From Deltaproteobacteria bacterium (GTDB lineage Bacteria > Bdellovibrionota_B > Oligoflexia > Oligoflexales > Bog-1112), in contig JACPKR010000003.1 in assembly GCA_016186945.1 (NCBI GenBank), positions 11,542 to 75,541 of the forward strand: 64,000 bases of DNA, read 5' to 3'. The stretch's first letter is position 1. The number at the start of each line of letters is the position of its first letter. The position numbers and the translations under genes are program-made. Under the pieces are notes generated by a model that was given only the letters and a program-made list of their open reading frames with translations, was not told the origin of the DNA and searched no databases. Below, in pieces: positions 18,045 through 25,773 of the stretch.

Positions 18045-19877
18045 ATGAAAAAACTTCGTGAAAAACTAAAACGAGTCCCCTCCTCCCCAGGCAGCTACCT
18101 TATGAAAGATAAGGAGGGAGACATCATCTACGTTGGGAAAGCAAAGAATCTGAAGCACCGCCTGAGTTCCTATTTCGCCCGCACTTCGATCGAAGAGCCG
18201 AAGACACACGCCCTGGTGCAGGAGATCACGGACTTCGATATCATCCTCGTGAACAACGAAGTCGAAGCCCTGCTCCTCGAGCGGAGCCTTATCAAGGAGC
18301 ACAAACCCCGCTTCAACGTCATCCTGCGCGATGATAAGGAATACCCTTACCTGCGTGTCGACTTGCAGAACCAATGGCCCCGCATCAAGAAAGTACGTCG
18401 GCGTAAAAACGATGGGGCCACCTACCTCGGCCCTTTTAGCCACGTCAGTCAATTGAACGCGATCCTTGACCTCACCTTCCGTATTTTCCCCCTTATCCGC
18501 TGTTCCGAACACTACTTTGCAAACACAACGCGGCCTTGCAACTATTACCATATGAAACGCTGCCTCGGCCCATGCACGCTTCCTGTAAAGGAGGACTTGT
18601 ACAAGGGGATGGTGCGGGACGCGATCGCCTTCCTTCAGGGGAAGAACAAGGGGGTCATGAAAGCTCTCAAAGAAAAGCTGCTAGCTGCCTCCGAAAGTGA
18701 GGAATACGAATTGGCAGGGCGTTATCGCGACCAGCTCCATGCCCTGAGAACGATCACTCAGGAGCAAAACGTCGTCATTAAAAGTATCAAAGACTGCGAC
18801 GCCTTTGGGATCGCCCACGACCAGGACACCTTGTCCCTTCATGTGTTGAAAATTCGCGAGGGAAAAATTACCGGCAAGGATCGCTTCATCGTTCCCATGC
18901 CCCTTCCCCATCTGGCAGAAGCTGTAAGTGATTTCCTGCTTCAATACTACGAAGCCCGGTTTATCCCGCAAGAAATCATCCTGCCTTATGACTTCGCAGA
19001 TAGGGAAATTCTTGAACGCGCCCTGACCGAATGGTCCGAAAACAGGAAAGTTTCGCTGACTGTCCCCTCGAAGGGGCAGAAAATGCGCTTGGTGGAACTT
19101 TCCCACAAGAACGCTCTCTACCACCTTGAGGAGTCGCTTAATAAAAGAGCAAAGGAGAAAATTCGTCTGCAAGCCTTGCAAGACAAATTTCAACTGGACG
19201 AATTTCCCCTCCGCATCGACTGCATCGACATTTCGAATATACAGGGGACAGCCATCGTTGCCTCGCAGGTCTGTTTTCTGGGCGGTCGACCGGCGAAGGA
19301 CAAATACCGACTCTTCAATATCGAAGACTCACGAACAAGCCCCGACGACTACTGGGCCATAGGGGAAGTGACCAAGCGATATTTCGCTAGGCTCCTGCAT
19401 GAAAAGGAATGCCCCCAACTTCTCGTTATAGACGGAGGGAAAGGCCAGATGGCAGCCGCATTGGCTACGCTCAATCATTTTCCCGATCTCAAAATTCCCA
19501 TCGTAGGACTGGCAAAAAATCGAATACGCTACTCAGATGATGAAGAAGTAAGGACGGAGGAACGTGTTTTCTTCCCCGGGCAGCGAGACCCCTACATCCT
19601 GAAAGAAGGGTCTCCGGTCTACCAAATCCTTACACAAATCCGTGACGAAGCCCACCGCTTCGCCATCACCCACCACCGCAAACGACGAAAAGGTGTCCTC
19701 CAGAAATCCGTGCTGGACGAAATTCCCGGCATCGGCCCGTCGCTGAGAAAAAAATTGCTGGCTTACGCCGGAGATATAGAACAACTTAGAAATATGTCGT
19801 GGGAAGACCTTAGCAAAATCCCCGGCCTGCGAAAAAGCGTTGCGGAAGCCCTTTTCAAAAAATTATCTTCCTATTAG
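18045..19877 (+). CDS. uvrC: Excinuclease ABC subunit C
   Basis: GIY-YIG-like N-terminus (GSYLM..IIYVGKAKNL), CIDISN, IDGGKGQ, RDEAHRFA and C-terminal HhH (IPGIGP). Confidence 0.97.
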   Translation: MKKLREKLKRVPSSPGSYLMKDKEGDIIYVGKAKNLKHRLSSYFARTSIEEPKTHALVQEITDFDIILVNNEVEALLLERSLIKEHKPRFNVILRDDKEYPYLRVDLQNQWPRIKKVRRRKNDGATYLGPFSHVSQLNAILDLTFRIFPLIRCSEHYFANTTRPCNYYHMKRCLGPCTLPVKEDLYKGMVRDAIAFLQGKNKGVMKALKEKLLAASESEEYELAGRYRDQLHALRTITQEQNVVIKSIKDCDAFGIAHDQDTLSLHVLKIREGKITGKDRFIVPMPLPHLAEAVSDFLLQYYEARFIPQEIILPYDFADREILERALTEWSENRKVSLTVPSKGQKMRLVELSHKNALYHLEESLNKRAKEKIRLQALQDKFQLDEFPLRIDCIDISNIQGTAIVASQVCFLGGRPAKDKYRLFNIEDSRTSPDDYWAIGEVTKRYFARLLHEKECPQLLVIDGGKGQMAAALATLNHFPDLKIPIVGLAKNRIRYSDDEEVRTEERVFFPGQRDPYILKEGSPVYQILTQIRDEAHRFAITHHRKRRKGVLQKSVLDEIPGIGPSLRKKLLAYAGDIEQLRNMSWEDLSKIPGLRKSVAEALFKKLSSY

Positions 19878-20040
19878 TGTTCAAGATAATCAATTTGGGG
19901 ACAAACTTTTTGAAAAAAGTTATTTCCCCAACCCCCTTTTCAAAAACTTCAGTATTTAAAGTTTTTTGGGGGGAGGCGTGGAGGGGAACTTTTTTTCAAA
20001 AAAGGTCCTCTCCACAAATTCTTTTTCCCAAATACTATAG
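19871..20040 (+). mobile_element. Family B MITE, full-length reference copy
   Basis: CTAT(T)AGTGTT...AATACTATAG with three internal hairpins; lies between convergent stop codons. Confidence 0.9.
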
Positions 20041-20044
20041 TTCT

Positions 20045-20482
20045 TCAGAGATCCTTGATGTCCATAACGATGATGGCCTTTCTTTCCTTTATTTCGACCC
20101 CCGTTAAGGTCGTCACATACCCAGTCACGGAAACGTTCTTCCCGTCAAGTGCTTTGACGCTCTTCCTTTCCTTCCTGCTTAGGATGAGGTCGAACGTTCC
20201 GCTGTCTGTAGTCAGGGTGGTCCCCGACGTTTCCCCTCCGATCGCCATCACATGAGTTCGAAGGACACCGACGAGCGAAACTTGCTTTTCGTTTTGGTCG
20301 TCCTTATGCACGCAAAGGCCGATCCTCTGGTTGTAACGATAGTTTTGCTCGGGACACGAGCACTTGGAAGGGTGTCCCCACGGATTAATATCGCGTGTAC
20401 AAATCTTTGGATGCTGGTGGCGTAAAGAAAAGGCGTTTTGAGAAACAAAGAGGAAGAGCAGGGCGAATTTCACGATATTCAT
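20045..20482 (-). CDS. Small secreted hypothetical protein (Cys-rich N-domain plus beta-rich C-domain)
   Basis: Start reassigned to MNIVKFALLFLFVSQNAFS (signal peptide); four Cys in CTRDINPWGHPSKCSC...C. Confidence 0.7.
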   Translation of the reverse strand: MNIVKFALLFLFVSQNAFSLRHQHPKICTRDINPWGHPSKCSCPEQNYRYNQRIGLCVHKDDQNEKQVSLVGVLRTHVMAIGGETSGTTLTTDSGTFDLILSRKERKSVKALDGKNVSVTGYVTTLTGVEIKERKAIIVMDIKDL

Positions 20483-20567
20483 GGGAAGCCTTTCTCTTGG
20501 TTTAAACTTGCACCAACCTGCGTTTACTGTCAGTCTATCGCTTTTAGTAACCGCGGGAGTTTTTCTC

Positions 20568-23012
20568 ATGAACGACAAGGGTGCGGCTCTTGGCTATGAC
20601 TATAAAATCATTGAAAAAAAATGGCAACAATATTGGGCCGAGACAAAATCTTTCAAGGCGAACGATTTCGACAAACGTCCAAAGTTTTATGTACTCGACA
20701 TGTTTCCCTACCCCTCCGGCGATGGTCTACACGTAGGACATATCGAAGGATATACGGCCAGTGATATCGTTGCGCGTTACAAACGGATGCAGGGTTTCAA
20801 CGTCCTTCACCCGATGGGTTGGGATGCCTTCGGGCTTCCTGCCGAGCAGTATGCGATCAAGACGAACACCCATCCACGCCTGACCACGGAACGCAACATA
20901 GGGGTCTTTCGTTCGCAGATGAATCGCATGGGCTTCTCCTTCGATTGGGATCGCGAAGTCAACACAACAGACCCTCGCTATTATCGCTGGACACAATGGA
21001 TCTTCCTCAAGCTTTTCGAACGCGGCCTCGCCTACCAGTCTTTTGAACCGGTCAACTGGTGCCCGGGTCTGGGGACTGTCCTTGCGGATGAGGAAGTGAT
21101 CAACGGGCGCTCCGAAGTGGGAGACTTCCCCGTCGAGAAACGGACCATCAAACAGTGGGTGCTCAAGATCACCGCCTATGCGGAACGCCTTCTGGAAGAC
21201 CTTGACGAACTCGACTGGCCAGAGTCTACGAAAGAAATGCAGCGAAACTGGATCGGAAAAAGTGAGGGGTGCTACATAGACTTCCTCATTGCGGGACCTT
21301 CCAACAAGAAATTTCGTGTCTTCACCACACGTCACGATACCTTGTTTGGATGCACGTTCTGCGTCCTTGCACCCGAGCATCCTTTGATCCGAGAAATCGT
21401 AACCCATGAACACAAAAACAATGTCGATGCGTATATAGAAAAGACACGCAACAAGTCAGATTTGGAACGTATCTCCGACGGGAAAATCAAAACGGGTGTT
21501 TTCACAGGTGCCTATGCCGTCAATCCTGCGAACAACAAGAAGATCCCCATTTTCACCGCTGACTATGTGCTTTTCTCATACGGGACAGGTGCCGTGATGG
21601 GAGTTCCCGGCCACGACGAGCGTGACCATGCCTTCGCGTTGAAATATGGCTTGGAAATTGTTCGCGTTGTCGCAGGAGGAGACGGTGACATAAGCAACAC
21701 TGCCCACACAGGTGATGGTCACATTATCAACTCAGACTTCCTTGACGGTCTCTCGGTGCCCGATGCCTGCGAGAAAATGGGGGAATGGTTGGAGCATAAA
21801 AATCTAGGGAAACGCGGGACGACTTTCCGCCTCCGTGACTGGATTTTCTCCCGACAACGCTACTGGGGGGAACCTTTCCCGCTAGCCTTTGACAAGGATG
21901 GGAGCGTTATCCCCCTTTCAGAAGATGACTTGCCAGTTCTCCTTCCTGAAATGGACAACTACCAACCCACGGGTGGATTCGAACCCCCCTTAGCATCCGC
22001 ACACGAATGGACACAGGTGACGAAAGACGGCGTCCCCTTTACCCGTGAAACTAACATCATGCCTCAGTGGGCAGGCTCCTGCTGGTACTATCTACGCTTC
22101 CTAGATCCTTTGAACGATAAGGAACCATGGAACAAAGAGAAGGAAAAATATTGGATGCCCGTTGATCTTTACGTGGGAGGGGTCGAACACGCAAACCTTC
22201 ACCTTCTCTACGCACGCTTCTGGCACAAGGTTCTCTACGACATCGGGGTGGTTTCCACCAAGGAACCGTTTAAAAAACTCGTCCACCAAGGCATCATCCT
22301 GGGGGAGAACGGAGAAAAGATGTCGAAGAGCAGGGGCAACGTCGTGAACCCAACTCAAGTCGTAGACGAATGGGGTGCCGACTCCCTGCGACTTTACGAA
22401 ATGTTCCTGGGTCCCCTTGAACAGGTAAAACCCTGGCAAACCCAGGGCATTGCCGGCATAAGCCGTTTCCTGAACCGAGTCTGGCGCCTGATCATTAACG
22501 AAAATGGGCATATCGCAGCAACCGCATCCCGTAAAACGTCCTCCCAGGAAATGGAAGCGGCACTCGCCCATACGGTGAAAAAAGTAAGCGATGACACGGA
22601 ACATTACCGTTTCAACACTGCCATTTCCGCAATGATGGAATTCGTCAACCTGGCTTACAAAGAGGGTGGCTTAACCCATCAACAGGCAGAGACCTTGGTT
22701 CTTCTTTTGTCCCCTTTCGCTCCTCACTTAGCTGAAGAATGCTGGCAAAGGCTCGGCTTTCAGGAATCTCTCGCTTGCGAATCCTGGCCGCGAGTCGATG
22801 AATCCCTCCTTCTAAGGGAAAACATCGTCCTTCCTGTCATGATCAACGGAAAAACTCGGGGGACTATCACTGTGGCCAAAGATGCCGGGCAAGCAGAAGT
22901 CATCAGCGCTGCGCGAGAACAAGACTTCGTCAAACGTAATCTGGCAGGTAAAACTGTCAAAAAAGAAATCGTTGTCCCTGGACGCGTGATTAACTTCGTG
23001 ATTGGAGAATAA
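20568..23012 (+). CDS. leuS: Leucine--tRNA ligase
   Basis: MFPYPSGDGLHVGH (HIGH), KMSKS and DWIFSRQRYWGEP. Start reassigned to ATG 20568. Confidence 0.98.
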   Translation: MNDKGAALGYDYKIIEKKWQQYWAETKSFKANDFDKRPKFYVLDMFPYPSGDGLHVGHIEGYTASDIVARYKRMQGFNVLHPMGWDAFGLPAEQYAIKTNTHPRLTTERNIGVFRSQMNRMGFSFDWDREVNTTDPRYYRWTQWIFLKLFERGLAYQSFEPVNWCPGLGTVLADEEVINGRSEVGDFPVEKRTIKQWVLKITAYAERLLEDLDELDWPESTKEMQRNWIGKSEGCYIDFLIAGPSNKKFRVFTTRHDTLFGCTFCVLAPEHPLIREIVTHEHKNNVDAYIEKTRNKSDLERISDGKIKTGVFTGAYAVNPANNKKIPIFTADYVLFSYGTGAVMGVPGHDERDHAFALKYGLEIVRVVAGGDGDISNTAHTGDGHIINSDFLDGLSVPDACEKMGEWLEHKNLGKRGTTFRLRDWIFSRQRYWGEPFPLAFDKDGSVIPLSEDDLPVLLPEMDNYQPTGGFEPPLASAHEWTQVTKDGVPFTRETNIMPQWAGSCWYYLRFLDPLNDKEPWNKEKEKYWMPVDLYVGGVEHANLHLLYARFWHKVLYDIGVVSTKEPFKKLVHQGIILGENGEKMSKSRGNVVNPTQVVDEWGADSLRLYEMFLGPLEQVKPWQTQGIAGISRFLNRVWRLIINENGHIAATASRKTSSQEMEAALAHTVKKVSDDTEHYRFNTAISAMMEFVNLAYKEGGLTHQQAETLVLLLSPFAPHLAEECWQRLGFQESLACESWPRVDESLLLRENIVLPVMINGKTRGTITVAKDAGQAEVISAAREQDFVKRNLAGKTVKKEIVVPGRVINFVIGE

Positions 23013-23013
23013 A

Positions 23014-23445
23014 ATGGCTTACCTTACCTATAAATGGCTGCACATTGTGTCTGTCATAAGTTGGATGGCAGGGCTTCTCTATCTCTATAGACTTTTCGTC
23101 TACCATTCTGACTGGGGCAAGAAAAGCAGTGACAACCATGACATGCTTCTTGTGATGGAAAAGCGACTCCTGCACTTCATCACCCTTCCGGCCATGTTAG
23201 TCGCATGGGTGGCGGGTATAAGCTTGATTGTTCTCAATCCTGACCTGATGAAGGCTGGATGGATGCACTCCAAACTTCTCCTCGTTGTGATCCTAACGGG
23301 AGTGACCCACTGGGGCATTCGCCTACATAAGAATTACAAGAACGGTAAAGCGTCTTACTCTTCTAAGACTCTACGCTTTGTCAACGAAATCCCTACCATT
23401 CTGATGCTCGTCATCGTCGCACTGGTGATTTTCAGACCGTTTTAG
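23014..23445 (+). CDS. hemJ: Protoporphyrinogen oxidase HemJ
   Basis: KWLHIVSVISWMAGLLYLYRLFVYH, GWMHSKL and RFVNEIPT...RPF motifs. Confidence 0.9.
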   Translation: MAYLTYKWLHIVSVISWMAGLLYLYRLFVYHSDWGKKSSDNHDMLLVMEKRLLHFITLPAMLVAWVAGISLIVLNPDLMKAGWMHSKLLLVVILTGVTHWGIRLHKNYKNGKASYSSKTLRFVNEIPTILMLVIVALVIFRPF

Positions 23446-24059
23446 ACAGTCGAGACCGCTCTCAACTCAGTTGCGGGACCTGGCGCCACCCTTCTAAAGC
23501 TAGGGAAGGTCGGGCATCGAGAAGGCCATTTGCATTTCGCTATGGCCAGTTTCGTGATGCCATACATAACCAAAGCACCCAACCCCAGGCTAGCGCCCCC
23601 TAACATGAGGTAAAACGGGTTTGTGGCAACCGCAAGGTACTGGTTGGTCCGTACCCATTCTTCGTTTATCTGGTCAGCAGCACCCCGAATGGAATCTAAT
23701 TTTTCGTTGGACAATTTCCATTCCCTCAACATACGCGGGACTGTTTCGTTCAAAAAAATGCCGAAGTAATTGTTGCTTTCCCGCCACTCTTCCAAAAAAG
23801 CCGGGGCTGTCTGATTGTATAGTTGATTGCTTTGATCCCATCTCTCTAAAAGAGCCTCAGTTGTGTTCTCGGTTCTTTTAAGAGTATTCGCCATGTCCTT
23901 TAGAATCGTGTTGGTCTCATTGAGGGAGCGGTCAATCTCATCGACTGATTTAGTCCCATCGCCTTCCTTCCGCCGGGTTTCAGGAGCATCATAAGCATAC
24001 AAGGTGCTTATATTTAAGGCAAAGAAGACGACCAGGCGAACGGCGATAGGCTGTCTCAT
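23442..24059 (-). CDS. Hypothetical helical protein with W-x-x-(S/T)-N repeats and a C-terminal TM helix
   Basis: 205-aa ORF with a signal-like N-terminus and glycine-rich TM segment MLGGASLGLGALVMYGI. Confidence 0.65.
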   Translation of the reverse strand: MRQPIAVRLVVFFALNISTLYAYDAPETRRKEGDGTKSVDEIDRSLNETNTILKDMANTLKRTENTTEALLERWDQSNQLYNQTAPAFLEEWRESNNYFGIFLNETVPRMLREWKLSNEKLDSIRGAADQINEEWVRTNQYLAVATNPFYLMLGGASLGLGALVMYGITKLAIAKCKWPSRCPTFPSFRRVAPGPATELRAVSTV

Positions 24060-24147
24060 TTAACCCCCTGTTTTTGCTCCCATTTCGTACGTTGCAAATT
24101 CACTATGTTTGACAAGTGGCCAATCGGTCAAGTCTTTTCCTGCTGGG

Positions 24148-24217
24148 GTAATGGGTAAGCCCACTTGGGGCAAGGAGGTGGTTTGGAGGAAACTGAGCAG
24201 CTGGTTCCTCCAGAAAT
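24148..24217 (+). mobile_element. Family A MITE, left half only
   Basis: GTAATGGGTAAGCCCACTTGGGGCAAGGAGGTGGTTTGGAGGAAACTGAGCAGCTGGTTCCTCC. Confidence 0.85.
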
Positions 24218-24243
24218 GATACGACCAGGTTCCAAGGGTAGCT

Positions 24244-25398
24244 TTAAATGAAAAGAGGATTATAGATTGAGTAATCCTTGAAGGAGATCAGTCCTTTTTC
24301 TTTTATCCGACAAGCGACTTGGCATTCAACGGGTTCGCTAAATAGTCTCGTTACTTTAGCAAAATTGAGCTTTCGATCATCGATGCGTTCGGTGTTCTTG
24401 GCTTCGATAAGCTCAATCTTGTTCTGATGATCCACGAGGAAGTCGATTTCAACCCCGTTTTGGTCGCGATAAAAGAACAAATCTCGTCCCGGCTTTAACT
24501 GACGTGACTTAACCAATTCCGTGAACACAAAATTTTCGAAAATCTGATCTTCGCGAATGTGGCCTTTTAGTTCTGACCCACTCTTAACGTTTAGGAAGTA
24601 ACAAAGTAAGCCCTGATCGGAAAAATACAGTTTTGGGGATTTGACCAGCCTCTTGCCTAAGTTTTTAAAGAAGGGCTGCAACAGGACGATTAAACCGCTG
24701 GCCTCAAGTGCGGAGAGCCAGGCTTTTACAGTAACAGCGGTGACACCGATCTCCTTGGCAAGTTCGCTGAAATTGACAAGCTGCCCCACGCGAAAAGCAC
24801 ACGCAGCCACGAAGCGCTGATACTCGCGCAGATTCACTACATTTATCAGGACACGCAAATCCCTCTCCAAGTAAGTATTCACATAGTCTTCGAAAAATTG
24901 CGTGGGTGCAATGCGGGGATGGGCCCATAACTCGGGAAATCCCCCACGCCAGAGAATATCACCGAGATGAGGCGCCGTTGCTTCACAGTGTCTAAGCTCA
25001 GTAACCGAACAGGTTTCGAGATGAAGGATCCCGATTCGGCCCGCCAGGCTTTCACTGACATCCTTCATTAGATGAAATCTCTGGCTTCCCGTAAGAATCC
25101 ATTGGCCCACAACATCGCGTTCTTGATCGACAAGGATTTTCAGCTCACGGAAAAGCGAGGGAGCATACTGAACTTCGTCAAGGATGACAGGCCTCTTTAT
25201 AGAAGCGAGAAACTGCTCAGGCCGTTCCTCCGCCTCCCTGGCCCGAACCACCCTGTCTAAAGTTATGTAACTCGCTTCGGTGAAGCATCGCTGAAGTAAG
25301 GAACTCTTTCCCGCCTGCCGACACCCTGTCAAAAGAATGATAGGGCGAGTTTTTGCCAATTGTAATAGGTCGTTAGAAATCGTTCGCTCAATCCACAT
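24244..25398 (-). CDS. AAA+ ATP-binding protein with DUF4143-like C-terminal domain
   Basis: Walker A GCRQAGKS, Walker B ILDEVQ, LTGSQ, GGFPE, KSPKLYF.D.GL and EIDFL...IEAK. Confidence 0.9.
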   Translation of the reverse strand: MWIERTISNDLLQLAKTRPIILLTGCRQAGKSSLLQRCFTEASYITLDRVVRAREAEERPEQFLASIKRPVILDEVQYAPSLFRELKILVDQERDVVGQWILTGSQRFHLMKDVSESLAGRIGILHLETCSVTELRHCEATAPHLGDILWRGGFPELWAHPRIAPTQFFEDYVNTYLERDLRVLINVVNLREYQRFVAACAFRVGQLVNFSELAKEIGVTAVTVKAWLSALEASGLIVLLQPFFKNLGKRLVKSPKLYFSDQGLLCYFLNVKSGSELKGHIREDQIFENFVFTELVKSRQLKPGRDLFFYRDQNGVEIDFLVDHQNKIELIEAKNTERIDDRKLNFAKVTRLFSEPVECQVACRIKEKGLISFKDYSIYNPLFI

Positions 25399-25460
25399 GG
25401 AAGGCCCTTTTTAAGATAATCTAAAATCAGAGTTTAGACTATCTTAACAGATGATGGCAA

Positions 25461-25606
25461 GTAATGCGTAAGCCACTTGGGGCAAGGAGGTGGTTTGGAG
25501 GAAACTGCGCAGCTGGTTCCTCCAAGAAATCACTTGGGGGAGCGACGGTTCCCTCGCCCCCCCAAACCCCCCTCTCCCTATTTGCCCCAAGTGGCTTACG
25601 CATTAC
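25461..25606 (+). mobile_element. Family A MITE, full-length reference copy
   Basis: Perfect 25-bp TIR GTAATGCGTAAGCCACTTGGGGCAA; 8-bp TSD GATGGCAA (25453-25460 and 25607-25614). Confidence 0.95.
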
Positions 25607-25609
25607 GAT

Positions 25610-25708
25610 GGCAAGGAGGGGTTCAGGGGAAACTTCGCAGATGGTTCCCCCGAAGAAAGCCTTTCGCAGAAAGCACTGAATCTTTCTTCCCTGCCCCAAA
25701 TGGCTTAC
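25610..25708 (+). mobile_element. Old, diverged family A relative
   Basis: GGCAAGGAGGGGTTCAGGGGAAACTTCGCAGATGGTTCCCCCGAAGAA...TGCCCCAAATGGCTTAC parallels the A core and right TIR. Confidence 0.7.
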
Positions 25709-25773
25709 ACTTTTTATAGGGGATCGTCGTGTCACCACAGGACCGCTATTCTAATTTAAGAAGAGGTTTCGTC

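Noticed and set aside
17850-20040. uvrC as cargo of a B-bounded composite transposon
   Set aside because: uvrC is in its expected position after uvrB, and each copy has its own reconstructable empty site.
24148-25708. Composite transposon of A ends carrying the AAA/DUF4143 gene
   Set aside because: The outer flanks (CTGCTGGG versus GATGGCAA or ACTTTTTA) are not duplicated, and the 25461 copy has its own TSD, so it inserted independently.
25439-25759. Small ORFs such as MRKPLGARRWFGGNC..., MVWRKLRSWF..., MGQGGGLEETAQ... and MFKIINLGTNF... (also near 17837, 19877, 34506, 44229, 52852, 56302)
   Set aside because: They are translations of the repeat elements themselves, with no independent coding evidence.
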